Source of the DNA: an uncultured Pseudomonadota bacterium | GTDB lineage: Bacteria; Oederibacteriota; Muellerivitia; Muellerivitales; Muellerivitaceae | DNA: 64,000 nucleotides | Assembly (NCBI GenBank): GCA_963770835.1 | Contig: CAVYRH010000026.1 | Span: forward strand, 128,001-192,000 | Reading direction: 5' to 3' | In this document: positions 38,620 to 47,896 of the stretch, piece by piece | How positions within the stretch are numbered: the stretch's first letter is position 1 | Layout of the letters: each line of letters begins with the position of its first letter | Notes under the pieces: model-generated | Database searches by the model: none | Seen by the model: the letters and a program-made list of their open reading frames with translations, nothing else | Told to the model about the DNA's origin: nothing | Made by a program: the position numbers and the translations under genes

Positions 38620-39093
38620 CTAATTGATTGTTTTTACGTGCCATTCCGAGGCGACGCCGAACTTCTGGCCCGACAGCAAATCCCTCTTGGCCTGGTCCAG
38701 GGGCCCACAAACCACATTCGCCAGGACCGCACCCTTGTCCTTCGCCGATTCCATTACTTTATCCAACAATTCCCGGCCGACGGTCGCCCATAATTCAGGG
38801 CGTTCCACCATGAAGTCATCCACGAAACAGATTTTGCCGCCGGGGTTATAAACCGGCGGCGCGCTCACGACCGCCCCTATGATGAAGCCGTCGATCTGGT
38901 CATTCTTTTCGCTTACCCAAACCATCGTGTTTTCCTTCGAGAGGGTGTCCTTTAAGAAAACCGAATGGATTTCCAGGGCCTTTTCACTTTCCTTGTGAAA
39001 AACCGGCTGGTAGTTTTCGTATTGTTTCCGCTTTTGTGCGGCAAGGAGGGCCACGGCCTGTAAATCCCCAGGTTGGGCAAGACGTATCGGCAT
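38620..39093 (-). CDS. GNAT-fold protein
   Basis: IRLAQPGD, GFIIG, VDDF.V, VGRELL. Confidence 0.7.
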   Translation of the reverse strand: MPIRLAQPGDLQAVALLAAQKRKQYENYQPVFHKESEKALEIHSVFLKDTLSKENTMVWVSEKNDQIDGFIIGAVVSAPPVYNPGGKICFVDDFMVERPELWATVGRELLDKVMESAKDKGAVLANVVCGPLDQAKRDLLSGQKFGVASEWHVKTIN

Positions 39094-39132
39094 ATCGAAA
39101 TCCTTTAAAACAGAGGTCCCATCACACGTCTT

Positions 39133-40419
39133 TTATTTGGGCAGGGGTTTGTTCCGGATGACTGAAATCCTTTTCAACGCCTTCCCATCTTTTAACAAGA
39201 TCACGAAATACTGGCCCGGCGAAACCAGCTTACCCTTTTGGTCCAGTCCGTCCCATTCTACCCATGAATCGCTTTGCGCCACGACCTTGCGGTCGAAGAG
39301 GGCTTCCAGGGAATTCCCCTCGTCATCCACCACTTCCACCTGGTAGCGGCCGGGTCCGTCGGCGAAGGTCAGGTAGATGTTGGCGGGGGGTTCGGTAAAA
39401 ACAACGTTGAGCGAGGGATCTAAGGGCGGCCATTGGGCTGGGTTGAGCCGGGCAGGCGTTGGGGTGGCCCGGGGCTGGGGTTTCGGCCGCGGGGCGGGAC
39501 GGATCGGTAAGGTGGCCGTGGGCAGGAAGAAACGGGTGGGGGTGGGAAGGACCCAGCGCGGCGAGGGGACCGCCAGCTTGGGGGGGTTGGAAGCCGTGGG
39601 TTTGGGAACAAGCCTCACCGGAGTAGGCGATGGGATGGGGTAAGTCGGTGTGAAAGTGGAAGTCGAAGTAAGCCAGGGGATTACGGGAGAACCGCAGGAA
39701 GGAACGTAAGAACCGAAAAAGGAAATTTGGGTCAGGCTGAATGCGAAGGGTCCGCTTTTCAGGGGGTAAATTTGAATTCCGGTTATATCGCTCCCGTCAG
39801 GGTGTTCCGGCAATCCTTCCTTGGGGGCCCCCTTTTGGCGGGTCATTTCGGAAAAGGGGATTTGGTGGAAAGTCCAAACCCCGGGAGGCGGCGTAAAATT
39901 AACGCCATACCAGCACCAATGATCACCATTCGTGACTGAGGCGCTGGGCACTTCAACCCGGTAGAGGCCGCCATCCCCCTTTATCCAAAATTGGATTCCC
40001 CTCAGGCCGTGGCATTCCACGTTGACGGGGGTGTCTATGGAATAAAGAGGGCATTGGAGGATGGCGTAGGACCAGGGGCCGTTGAGGTCCGCGCCCGGGC
40101 CCTGGCTATGTCCGAAAACCCATTCGGTCCCCTTCATGGTTCCCGTGACTCCCGCCGAGTATTTGCTTCCAGCATAGCCCGGGCCGTTGTAAGTGACGCT
40201 CATGGAGCGGTCGGGGTCAAGGACAGTCCAACGGCCGCCCCAGAGGTTTGTCCGGGCGGGATTGGGCCCGCTCAAGTAAGAATTATTGAAATCGTCGATG
40301 AGGGTCGAAGGGAGGCTGCCCGATGGGGCAGGGGATGCGGCATCAACAGCGCGGGTTAAAAGACCCAATACGAAAATTGAAGAAAGTAGGGCGGTTTTTA
40401 CGGAATGAAGATGGCTCAT
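39133..40419 (-). CDS. Secreted CBM11/CIA30-like domain, Pro-rich linker and FlgD-Ig-like C-terminal domain
   Basis: LIDDF, GIQFWIKGDG, W....IPFS.M; WDGLDQKGKLVSPGQYFV; ATGA coupling to the upstream gene. Confidence 0.7.
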   Translation of the reverse strand: MSHLHSVKTALLSSIFVLGLLTRAVDAASPAPSGSLPSTLIDDFNNSYLSGPNPARTNLWGGRWTVLDPDRSMSVTYNGPGYAGSKYSAGVTGTMKGTEWVFGHSQGPGADLNGPWSYAILQCPLYSIDTPVNVECHGLRGIQFWIKGDGGLYRVEVPSASVTNGDHWCWYGVNFTPPPGVWTFHQIPFSEMTRQKGAPKEGLPEHPDGSDITGIQIYPLKSGPFAFSLTQISFFGSYVPSCGSPVIPWLTSTSTFTPTYPIPSPTPVRLVPKPTASNPPKLAVPSPRWVLPTPTRFFLPTATLPIRPAPRPKPQPRATPTPARLNPAQWPPLDPSLNVVFTEPPANIYLTFADGPGRYQVEVVDDEGNSLEALFDRKVVAQSDSWVEWDGLDQKGKLVSPGQYFVILLKDGKALKRISVIRNKPLPK

Positions 40420-41030
40420 GGCTTCACACAAAGAAATTGGAAATGCCCGCCTTTGCCTTCCCTGATCAGGGCCTTGCGGACAACCTTAAAACCCGCTTCC
40501 TCAAGCCAGCGGTGGTAGGTTTTCTCGTCCGCGTGGCTCCAAAACATGGTGGCCCCGAACCAATCCTCGGTCTTGCCGGTCCAGCGGCCCCAGCCCAGGA
40601 TGGATAGGAACATCCCGCCGGGCCTTAGCCAACGGAATATCCTTTTGAAGAGGGGTTTTTGCTCACGCAGGGGCAAATGGATGATGGAATAGAAACTGAG
40701 AATCGCGTCGAAAGAAGATGGCCTGAACTTTAATCGGGCCATATCGGCCCGCTGGAAACGGGCGTCCGGAACCAGCTTTTTCGCGCGCTTGATTTGGACG
40801 TCCGAAATATCCACCCCTAAAAAGGAGTGCCTCCGGCTGAAGAATTTCGCCACGGGCACGCCCATGCCGCAGCCCAGTTCCAGGATGCGGCTTCCCCGGG
40901 CCAGGCGCTTATCGGCCTCCCGAAGCCAGTAACGTCTATACTTCGCGTCCGGTCCCGCACCCCGATCGTTCTTGTAGTTTTCCGAGATCCGGTTGTAGCC
41001 CCGGCGGACAATATCTTTTAAGGGTTGCAT
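40416..41030 (-). CDS. Class I SAM-dependent methyltransferase
   Basis: ILELGCGMG, GVDIS, ADM, SFDAI..FYSIIHLP, LRPGG. Confidence 0.9.
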   Translation of the reverse strand: MQPLKDIVRRGYNRISENYKNDRGAGPDAKYRRYWLREADKRLARGSRILELGCGMGVPVAKFFSRRHSFLGVDISDVQIKRAKKLVPDARFQRADMARLKFRPSSFDAILSFYSIIHLPLREQKPLFKRIFRWLRPGGMFLSILGWGRWTGKTEDWFGATMFWSHADEKTYHRWLEEAGFKVVRKALIREGKGGHFQFLCVKP

Positions 41031-41040
41031 ATGAAGTCCT

Positions 41041-41712
41041 TTAAATCGCTTCCAGCGCCGGAATGAGGTGATGGAAATCCGGTAAAATTATTTCAGCACC
41101 GGCGTCCCGGAGCGGTTGGACCGCTTTTCCGGACGCGATCCCGATGAAATCCCACCCCAAGGCCTCGGCCGCCTTGGCGTCCCATATCCAGTCGCCGACA
41201 TAGACGATTTTCCCGAACCGGTGAACCTTGTGAAGCCCACAAGCCCGGCGATTCGATGTTTCCAATACCTGTTCCCGGCTTTCGGCGTCGTCGGCCGTCC
41301 CTAGTGGAGTATCCCCCAGTTTGAAACCGGCGCTGCCCAGCTTAAAACGTCCCGCGAACTCGAAATTCCCGGTACCTACGGCCATTTTCCAGCCGGGATG
41401 GCCCAAAAGCTTATCCCATACCTGCAGCGCGCTAGGAGTCGGCTCAAAGGGATCGTTTCCGTATTCCTTTTTCAGCCACTTCGCCATGGATTCCTTGAAG
41501 CAGATAATGTCCTCTGCTGAGACATTCCGCCCCAAATGCTTTTGGAAAATTTCCACCAGGATGCCCGAATCGGTCGAACTGATAAAGCCGTTCCAACTGT
41601 CCTCGACCGTTATCCCGAAGACTTCCGCGAGGGCTTTGACGTAAGCGGCGTCGTTTCTTTTCCGGTGGTATTGGATGAGGGTTCCATCGATGTCGAAGAC
41701 AACTAAATTCAT
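41041..41712 (-). CDS. HAD-family hydrolase
   Basis: FDIDGTL, TD, TGN, VGD..WD. Confidence 0.85.
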   Translation of the reverse strand: MNLVVFDIDGTLIQYHRKRNDAAYVKALAEVFGITVEDSWNGFISSTDSGILVEIFQKHLGRNVSAEDIICFKESMAKWLKKEYGNDPFEPTPSALQVWDKLLGHPGWKMAVGTGNFEFAGRFKLGSAGFKLGDTPLGTADDAESREQVLETSNRRACGLHKVHRFGKIVYVGDWIWDAKAAEALGWDFIGIASGKAVQPLRDAGAEIILPDFHHLIPALEAI

Positions 41713-42626
41713 CCTATTTTCCCCGTCAATTGGAACACTTCCTGGAGCTTGGGGGGATAAATGGCGGCGGGGAATTTTCGGCAAACGCAGGCCGCCAATC
41801 CCGCCGCGAAGCGGACACTTTTTTCGTCGTCCCATTTTCGCCAGAGGCCGTAAACCATCCCCGCCCGGAAACTGTCACCAGCTCCTAGGGTCCCCGACAC
41901 TTTGACCCGATAAGGGGTAAAACGCCGGAGGGGCTGCCCCTGCCGGGCGTACCAAAGAGGCCGGGAGCCGAAGGTGAAAACGGTCAGGCCTTGGGAGCGT
42001 TCCTTATAGAAGGCCATCAGGGTTTTTTCGCCTTTTTTGGGGTAATGCCGTTTGAGAAATTCCTGGGAGAGGACGTTCACGGCCGAAAAGCGGTGCAGGG
42101 ATGAATCGAAAGGGCAGTCCAGGGTGACGTAGGGTTTTCCGGCCTCGCGGCAAAGGCGGACCGCTTTTTCCGATTCGGCCCCGAAATAGGGGTCGATGGA
42201 AGCTACGGACGCCCCTTGGATGGCCGCCTTATCCGGTTGGGACCATTTGTGGCCGCCCTTTTTGGAAAAGTGGCGCCCGAACCAGCCGAACACGGTCCGG
42301 TGGAGGCCATCCACCAAAACCACGTCCCTCCACCCCTCGAAGGAGGTGTCGGTTTTCATTCCGGAACAATCCATCCCCCACTTACGGTTGAAACGAAGAA
42401 GGATCTCCCTTGTTTCGGACCCCATGTAGGGCCCCTCCGGACGGACCCGCAGGCCCAACCGGGCCAAAAGGATCGCGGCATTGCCCGTTTCCCCGCCTGG
42501 AACCACGAAGGACCTTTCGATCTCCCCGTAGTTGTCGGCTTCAGGATAGGGATCGCGCAACCGGTGGATGGTGGAAAGGACCGTCATGCCGTAAAGGTAG
42601 ACATCGATTTTCCGGGAGACAGCCAT
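41709..42626 (-). CDS. PfkB-family carbohydrate kinase
   Basis: PGGETGNAA..LARLG, TFG, TLGAGDSFRAG. Confidence 0.88.
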   Translation of the reverse strand: MAVSRKIDVYLYGMTVLSTIHRLRDPYPEADNYGEIERSFVVPGGETGNAAILLARLGLRVRPEGPYMGSETREILLRFNRKWGMDCSGMKTDTSFEGWRDVVLVDGLHRTVFGWFGRHFSKKGGHKWSQPDKAAIQGASVASIDPYFGAESEKAVRLCREAGKPYVTLDCPFDSSLHRFSAVNVLSQEFLKRHYPKKGEKTLMAFYKERSQGLTVFTFGSRPLWYARQGQPLRRFTPYRVKVSGTLGAGDSFRAGMVYGLWRKWDDEKSVRFAAGLAACVCRKFPAAIYPPKLQEVFQLTGKIG

Positions 42627-42664
42627 GTTGAATACACCCTTCATTTGGAAACAAGCAGGTTGTC

Positions 42665-43237
42665 TTAGATGTTTTCTTCCACGAAATGGATCAGCGAATG
42701 GATAACCTTGATGTGGATTTCCTGGGCGCGGTCCGAATAGGCCGAATGGGGCGCGCGGATTTCCACGTCGCAGAGGGAAGCCATTTGGCCCCCGCCCTTT
42801 CCCGTGAGCCCGATCACTTTCATCCCCTTTTCCCTTGCGGCCTCGATGGCGTTCAGGACGTTTTTGGAGTTCCCGCTGGTGCTGATGGCCAGCAGCACAT
42901 CCCCCTTGTTCCCCACCGCCTCCACGAAACGCGAAAAGATGAAGTCGTAACCGAAATCATTGGCCACGCAGGTGATGTGGGTGGGGTCGGCAATGGCGAG
43001 GGCGGGCATGGAGTGCCTGTTTTCCCGGAACCTCCCCGTGAATTCCTCGGCGAAATGCATGGCGTCGGACATGGAACCGCCGTTCCCGCAGGAAATGACC
43101 TTATTGCCCTTTTTAAAGGATTTCACCAATAGTTCACCCGCCTTTTCGATCGTCGAAAAGTTTTGGTGGTCGGAAGTGAACTTCGCGAGGATGCCGGAAG
43201 CCTCCATGAAGTCCTGGGCGACGATGTCTTTTTTCAT
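42665..43237 (-). CDS. gmhA: D-sedoheptulose 7-phosphate isomerase
   Basis: [33 protein letters not shown]. Confidence 0.95.
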   Translation of the reverse strand: MKKDIVAQDFMEASGILAKFTSDHQNFSTIEKAGELLVKSFKKGNKVISCGNGGSMSDAMHFAEEFTGRFRENRHSMPALAIADPTHITCVANDFGYDFIFSRFVEAVGNKGDVLLAISTSGNSKNVLNAIEAAREKGMKVIGLTGKGGGQMASLCDVEIRAPHSAYSDRAQEIHIKVIHSLIHFVEENI

Positions 43238-43265
43238 ATAAGTCCTTTCCTGTTATTTGAGACTT

Positions 43266-43922
43266 TCAGAAATCGAGGTCAAAAATCTTATACAGCCTTT
43301 TATCCTCAAAACGGTCAAAAATAAAATCGGCGCGGGCCAGATCCTGTTTCCCCGAATGGGGATTGTAATAAGCCAGGCAGGCCATGCCCGCCGATTTCGC
43401 CGCCGCCACGCCATTGGCGGAATCCTCAATCACCACGCAGTCGCCGGCCGGGCGGCCATAATGCCCGGAAACCCTCAGGAAGATGTCAGGGTCCGGCTTG
43501 CCCTTGGCGACATCCTCCCCGCTGACCACCAAGCCGAAATAGTCCCGCAGGCCCAGCTTGCCCAGGATCAATTCGACGTTCTTCCGGAGCCCGGACGACG
43601 CGATGGCCAGGATGAACTTGTTTTCCCGAAGGTGGTCCAGGAGGGCCACCACGTCGTCGGTGGGGACCAAGGGCGTTTCCCGGAGCGTCTTGAATTTGAG
43701 CTCCCCCTCCCTTTCCTTCAACTCTTCCACCGTGGGAGCCAGGTTGGCTTTCTCTTTAATATAGGACCACATTTTCGTGGCCGAGATACCGACGAAGTTT
43801 TGGTATTCCTCCGGGCCGATATCCGCGCCCAGTTCCTTGAAGAACTTCCGGTTCATTTCCATGTAGATCGGTTCGCTGTCGAGAAGGACGCCGTCCAGGT
43901 CGAAGATAACGATGTTTTTCAT
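43266..43922 (-). CDS. HAD-family phosphatase (beta-PGM-like)
   Basis: FDLDGVLLDSE, IASS, GKPDPDIF, IEDS.NG..AA..AGM. Confidence 0.9.
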   Translation of the reverse strand: MKNIVIFDLDGVLLDSEPIYMEMNRKFFKELGADIGPEEYQNFVGISATKMWSYIKEKANLAPTVEELKEREGELKFKTLRETPLVPTDDVVALLDHLRENKFILAIASSGLRKNVELILGKLGLRDYFGLVVSGEDVAKGKPDPDIFLRVSGHYGRPAGDCVVIEDSANGVAAAKSAGMACLAYYNPHSGKQDLARADFIFDRFEDKRLYKIFDLDF

Positions 43923-44080
43923 AAGCCCCTATCCCATCATCGGTAAAACAGTCAACGAACTTCCTTTGACCGGTTTATCCGCCTTTTATATCAGCTTCCG
44001 AGCCATCATTTTAAAATAGCCGGGTAACCAAAGCCGCTCAGGGAACGTCCAATGAGGGTCGGTTAAATCCGGAGGAAAAA

Positions 44081-44833
44081 ATGAAAAGAACAGGCCTTGC
44101 CGGTTTGTTGGTTTTAAGCGCACTTTTGCTTTGGGGAACCATCCCCGCTTCGGCCGACCCGGCCTGGGACCAATACCTGGCCCTCAATCCGGACCAAAAG
44201 GCCCAGCTGAAGGCCGCCAATGAAAAAAGGAAGGGGCCCCTGGACATCGTCCGCCAGGACAAGGACGACGCCACCCAAAACCTAGTCACCCAGGTAAAAG
44301 CCAACGCCGGGGACGCCGTCATCCTGCCGGTCCTGAACCAGGTCTTGGACGACATCCAAGTCATCGACCACGCCGATGAGACCTATTGGCCGACCCTTTC
44401 CGGTTTCCTCACCCCCACCCAAGTGGCCAAGATCTACCTAAAGGGCCATCCGCCCAGGAGCACCATAGCGCCTGCCGTCCAGCATCCCAATAACCCCAAT
44501 CCCCATCCATCTTTTAAATGGGATGCCTATTTCGGCCTCAGCCAACCGGTGGCCATCCAGTTCAAGGCCGCCGACCAGGCCCGGAACAAGCAGATGAAAA
44601 ACCTCCGGGAAGACCAGGAAGCGGCGGTCGAACAATTGAACCAGTTGGTCCAATCGAACGCGGCGGACTCGGCCATCCAGCCCACCCTGACCACGCTTCT
44701 GAACGACCTCCAAAGTGAGCACCAAATCGAGCAGACTTTTTGGGGAACCACCCTGCCGGGATTTCTCTCCCCCACCCAAATGGCCAAGCTCTACTTGCAC
44801 CGCCACCCGCCTAAGGGCGGGTTCAATCCATAG
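44081..44833 (+). CDS. Secreted protein with two Spy/CpxP-like repeats (paralog of 30610-31377)
   Basis: GGAGG RBS; twice W..Y..L...Q.K.A ... FLTPTQVAK.YL; ends HRHPPKGGF. Confidence 0.75.
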   Translation: MKRTGLAGLLVLSALLLWGTIPASADPAWDQYLALNPDQKAQLKAANEKRKGPLDIVRQDKDDATQNLVTQVKANAGDAVILPVLNQVLDDIQVIDHADETYWPTLSGFLTPTQVAKIYLKGHPPRSTIAPAVQHPNNPNPHPSFKWDAYFGLSQPVAIQFKAADQARNKQMKNLREDQEAAVEQLNQLVQSNAADSAIQPTLTTLLNDLQSEHQIEQTFWGTTLPGFLSPTQMAKLYLHRHPPKGGFNP

Positions 44834-45008
44834 GAATCCCTCCCTTCACCGCCATGGTTTCCATTCCATAGTTTGAGGCCGTGATTTCCCATCGGGTAAA
44901 AATTACCCGGTTTTTTTGAAATTTCCGTCCGTCCCACCCCCATTTTCAGTGGTCTTTCTCATTTGCCGCATGGCACGGCCCTTGCCATTCCTTATCCCAA
45001 GGAATGCC

Positions 45009-45542
45009 ATGAAAAAAATCAGCCTGTTTCTTTTAGCCTTGGGCGCAACCTTGCCCGCCTTTGCCGCCCCGGATTTGGCGGAAAAGATCGCGCGGCAATA
45101 CCTCCCCCTTTTACAAAAATTGGCCGGTGAAAAGTTCCTCCTGCGGGAGGTCCGGGCCCGCAACGCCTCGCCCCTTACCCCCGAAGAGGCCCAAAAAGTG
45201 GAGAAGGCCTGGACCGAGATCGGCATTTCGGATTTGGAGCACCCTTATCTTTTCAACCCCGCCACCCAGGTGATCCACGGCTACGAGTACCGGATTCCGC
45301 CCATGTTCAAGTGCTTCGTTCTCGACCAATGGGGCAATGTGGTGGGGACGGACCCCCAAAGCACCCATTTCATCCATGGTCCGATGGATAAATTCCTGAA
45401 GTGCTACAACCGGGGCCGGGTCTACATCAACCCGCCGGGGTTGGATGTCTCCACCAAAATTTACTCGGTCCAGGTGTCGGTGCCTGTTTTCGACCGGGGC
45501 CGCACCATCGGCGTCCTGGTCGCGACCCTTTCACTGGAATGA
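45009..45542 (+). CDS. Stand-alone periplasmic PDC/Cache-like protein
   Basis: Signal peptide; FVLDQWGNVV, D.ST..YSVQVSVPV...G..IGVL. Confidence 0.7.
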   Translation: MKKISLFLLALGATLPAFAAPDLAEKIARQYLPLLQKLAGEKFLLREVRARNASPLTPEEAQKVEKAWTEIGISDLEHPYLFNPATQVIHGYEYRIPPMFKCFVLDQWGNVVGTDPQSTHFIHGPMDKFLKCYNRGRVYINPPGLDVSTKIYSVQVSVPVFDRGRTIGVLVATLSLE

Positions 45543-45552
45543 GGAAAACCCA

Positions 45553-47046
45553 ATGACTTTCTTCTCGAACATGAAACTCAGCGGCAGGCTGTTCCTCAGC
45601 GTGGCCGTGATGGCCGCCGCCATGGCCCTTATCGTCATCGCGGGATACTACCTGGCGGACGGGGCCTTCCACGGATTGAACGGGGTTTACCGCCAAGCCA
45701 ACGCCAAGACCGCCGCGGGCGTGAAACTGACGGAAAACTACTCCAAGGACCTGGTCAGCCTGGTCAACAAACTGGCCCTGGGGTCCTATCCCTGGGAGGT
45801 CGGCATGGGGCGGCTTTCGGAAATCGAGGGAAGTATCCGCTCCAACCGCGCCATCCTGCGGCAGCCGCCCTTGAACCCGGATGAAACCCAAATGCTCCGC
45901 GACATCGACGCCCAAGCCGCCGTGGCGGACACCTTCATGGGCCAACTGCGGACGGTTTTAAGGGAAGGGAACCGTGAGGAACTGCGGAAACTGCAACACA
46001 GTCTTTACCCTTCCGTGGATACTGTCGATTTCCGGATGGAACTTTACCTGAACTACGAACTGGGGCGGTCCAAACTACTGGCGGAAGCCAACCAAGGTTC
46101 GTTCCAAAAGTCCTACGGCGGGATGGCCCTCTTGACCCTAGCGGGTGTCCTTGCCCTCTTCTTGCTCGTTTCATTCCATCTGCGGCACGCCGTTTCCCGG
46201 CCCCTCCGGAGCCTGGTGGAGCGCATGCGGGACATCGCCGAGGGAGAGGGGGACCTGACCCAGCGGCTGGAAACCACGGGCCAGGACGAGATCGGGGAAG
46301 TTGCCAGGGCCTTTAACACCTTCACCGGCAAATTGAGGACCGTGTCCGAGATGAAACAGGAACTGATCGCGGTGGTCTCGCACCAGCTCAAGACCCCGGT
46401 GGCGGAGATCAACGGCTATATCGAAAACATGCTGGAAGGGCTGGCCGGGGAATTGAATCCCAAACAACGGGAATACTTGGAGGAAATGCGGGGAATCGGC
46501 TGGGAAAACTACCAGCTGATCAGCGACCTTTTGAGCGTTTCCAAACTGGAGCGGGGCGTAGCGAAGGTGGCTTTAAAGCCGGTTTCGGCGCGGCGCATCG
46601 TGGGGCTTTCGATACGCGATTACGAGAAACTCATCCGGCGCAAGGGCCTGGACCTGGTCATCGATATGCAGGCGCGGGACGTTTGGGTGAACGCCGACGA
46701 GGACAAGACCGTGGAGACATTGCGCAACATTATCAACAACGCGGTGAAATGCACCGACCGGGGGTCCATTTCCATCCGTTGGAAGGCCGAGGACGGAAAG
46801 GGCCTCATTGATGTCATGGACACGGGCATCGGAATGGAGCCCGGCGTGCTGGAAAGGCTTTTCACCAAGGCGCGGGTTTTGGGGCAGGAGGCCCACCGGT
46901 CCGGGGCTGGGCTGGGGCTTTTCATCGGCAAGGAGTTCATGAAACTGCAAGAGGGGGATATCCGGGTTGCTTCCGAACCCGGCCGGGGGAGCTGTTTCAC
47001 CCTGGTGATGCCCCGGTGCGCGGAAGAAAGGGAGGGGGCGGCATGA
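45553..47046 (+). CDS. Sensor histidine kinase (periplasmic helical sensor, HAMP, HisKA, HATPase)
   Basis: Two TM helices; GDLTQRL...DEIG HAMP; SHQLKTP; NNAVK; DTGIG; GAGLGL; G.GSCF. Confidence 0.92.
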   Translation: MTFFSNMKLSGRLFLSVAVMAAAMALIVIAGYYLADGAFHGLNGVYRQANAKTAAGVKLTENYSKDLVSLVNKLALGSYPWEVGMGRLSEIEGSIRSNRAILRQPPLNPDETQMLRDIDAQAAVADTFMGQLRTVLREGNREELRKLQHSLYPSVDTVDFRMELYLNYELGRSKLLAEANQGSFQKSYGGMALLTLAGVLALFLLVSFHLRHAVSRPLRSLVERMRDIAEGEGDLTQRLETTGQDEIGEVARAFNTFTGKLRTVSEMKQELIAVVSHQLKTPVAEINGYIENMLEGLAGELNPKQREYLEEMRGIGWENYQLISDLLSVSKLERGVAKVALKPVSARRIVGLSIRDYEKLIRRKGLDLVIDMQARDVWVNADEDKTVETLRNIINNAVKCTDRGSISIRWKAEDGKGLIDVMDTGIGMEPGVLERLFTKARVLGQEAHRSGAGLGLFIGKEFMKLQEGDIRVASEPGRGSCFTLVMPRCAEEREGAA

Positions 47047-47468
47047 ACCAAGGGAAAACCATCCTGATCGTGGAAGACCAGCCGGGATTCCGGCGCATCT
47101 ACCGGGACATCCTGGAGAGCGAGGGTTACGCGGTTTTGACCGCCGAGGACGGGGAAAAGGGCCTGGATTTGGCGAGGTTCCACCGGCCCGACCTAGTCCT
47201 GCTGGATTTGGGACTGCCCCGCATGAACGGCTACGAGGTGCTGCGGAAAATCCGCGAGGACGTTTCCATGGACAAAGTGAAGGTGATCATCTTTTCCGTC
47301 ATGGGCGAGGAGAAGGACGTGCAAAAGGGCATTTCCCTGGGCGCCAACGGTTATGTGTTGAAGGGCGGCCATACCCCCCGGCAGGTCATCGACCAGATCG
47401 CCGGAATGCTAGGGTCCTCCCCGGACCAGGTGGTCCAGATGTCGGATTCCAGTTCTCCCAAGGTTTGA
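47043..47468 (+). CDS. Stand-alone response regulator receiver
   Basis: ILIVED, LLDLGLP.MNG, GANGYVLK; ATGA coupling to the kinase. Confidence 0.9.
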   Translation: MNQGKTILIVEDQPGFRRIYRDILESEGYAVLTAEDGEKGLDLARFHRPDLVLLDLGLPRMNGYEVLRKIREDVSMDKVKVIIFSVMGEEKDVQKGISLGANGYVLKGGHTPRQVIDQIAGMLGSSPDQVVQMSDSSSPKV

Positions 47469-47725
47469 TGGGTCCGGTACAGCCCTGCCCTCAAGGCGGA
47501 CTCAAGCCCCAAAAGAGCGCTAAAAGTATAGTCACCCTCATTTGTTTACCAAAAATCCGACGCTGTTTACCAAATAATTGGCAGAAAGGGCTGCTCGGGT
47601 GACAACCGGGTTCTCAGCCATACCCTTATCCGGCTGGGGAGGCCGTTCGCCGGGCGAACAAAATTGGAAGAATATGCCCCTTTGACCGCCGGTATTGTTT
47701 CAGTTTGAATTGGATGACTTAGGCA

Positions 47726-47812
47726 CCCCTCACCCTACCCTCTCCCCCAAGGGGCGAGGGTTTTTAGTGGTGTTTCCCCCTCTCCCTTGAGGGGAGAGGG
47801 CGGGGTGAGGGT
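47726..47812. repeat. Inverted pair of REP-like palindromes
   Basis: ccctcaccctaccctctcccccaaggggcgaggg ... cccctctcccttgaggggagagggcggggtgaggg. Confidence 0.75.
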
Positions 47813-47896
47813 GGAGTAACATTTTCTTTTCAAGCTGAGACACTACCTGACGGCCGAAGGTTGACCCGCGGCGGGTCAAATTGGAAGCAAAATCCC

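Noticed and set aside
34400..43922. Integron cassette array (GNATs, HADs, methyltransferase)
   Set aside because: Genes overlap or are separated by a few bases, leaving no room for attC sites; no intI.
46378..46398. Inactive kinase because the H-box reads HQ rather than HE
   Set aside because: SHQLKTP-type H-boxes occur in many HisKA kinases, and the N, G1 and G2 boxes are intact.
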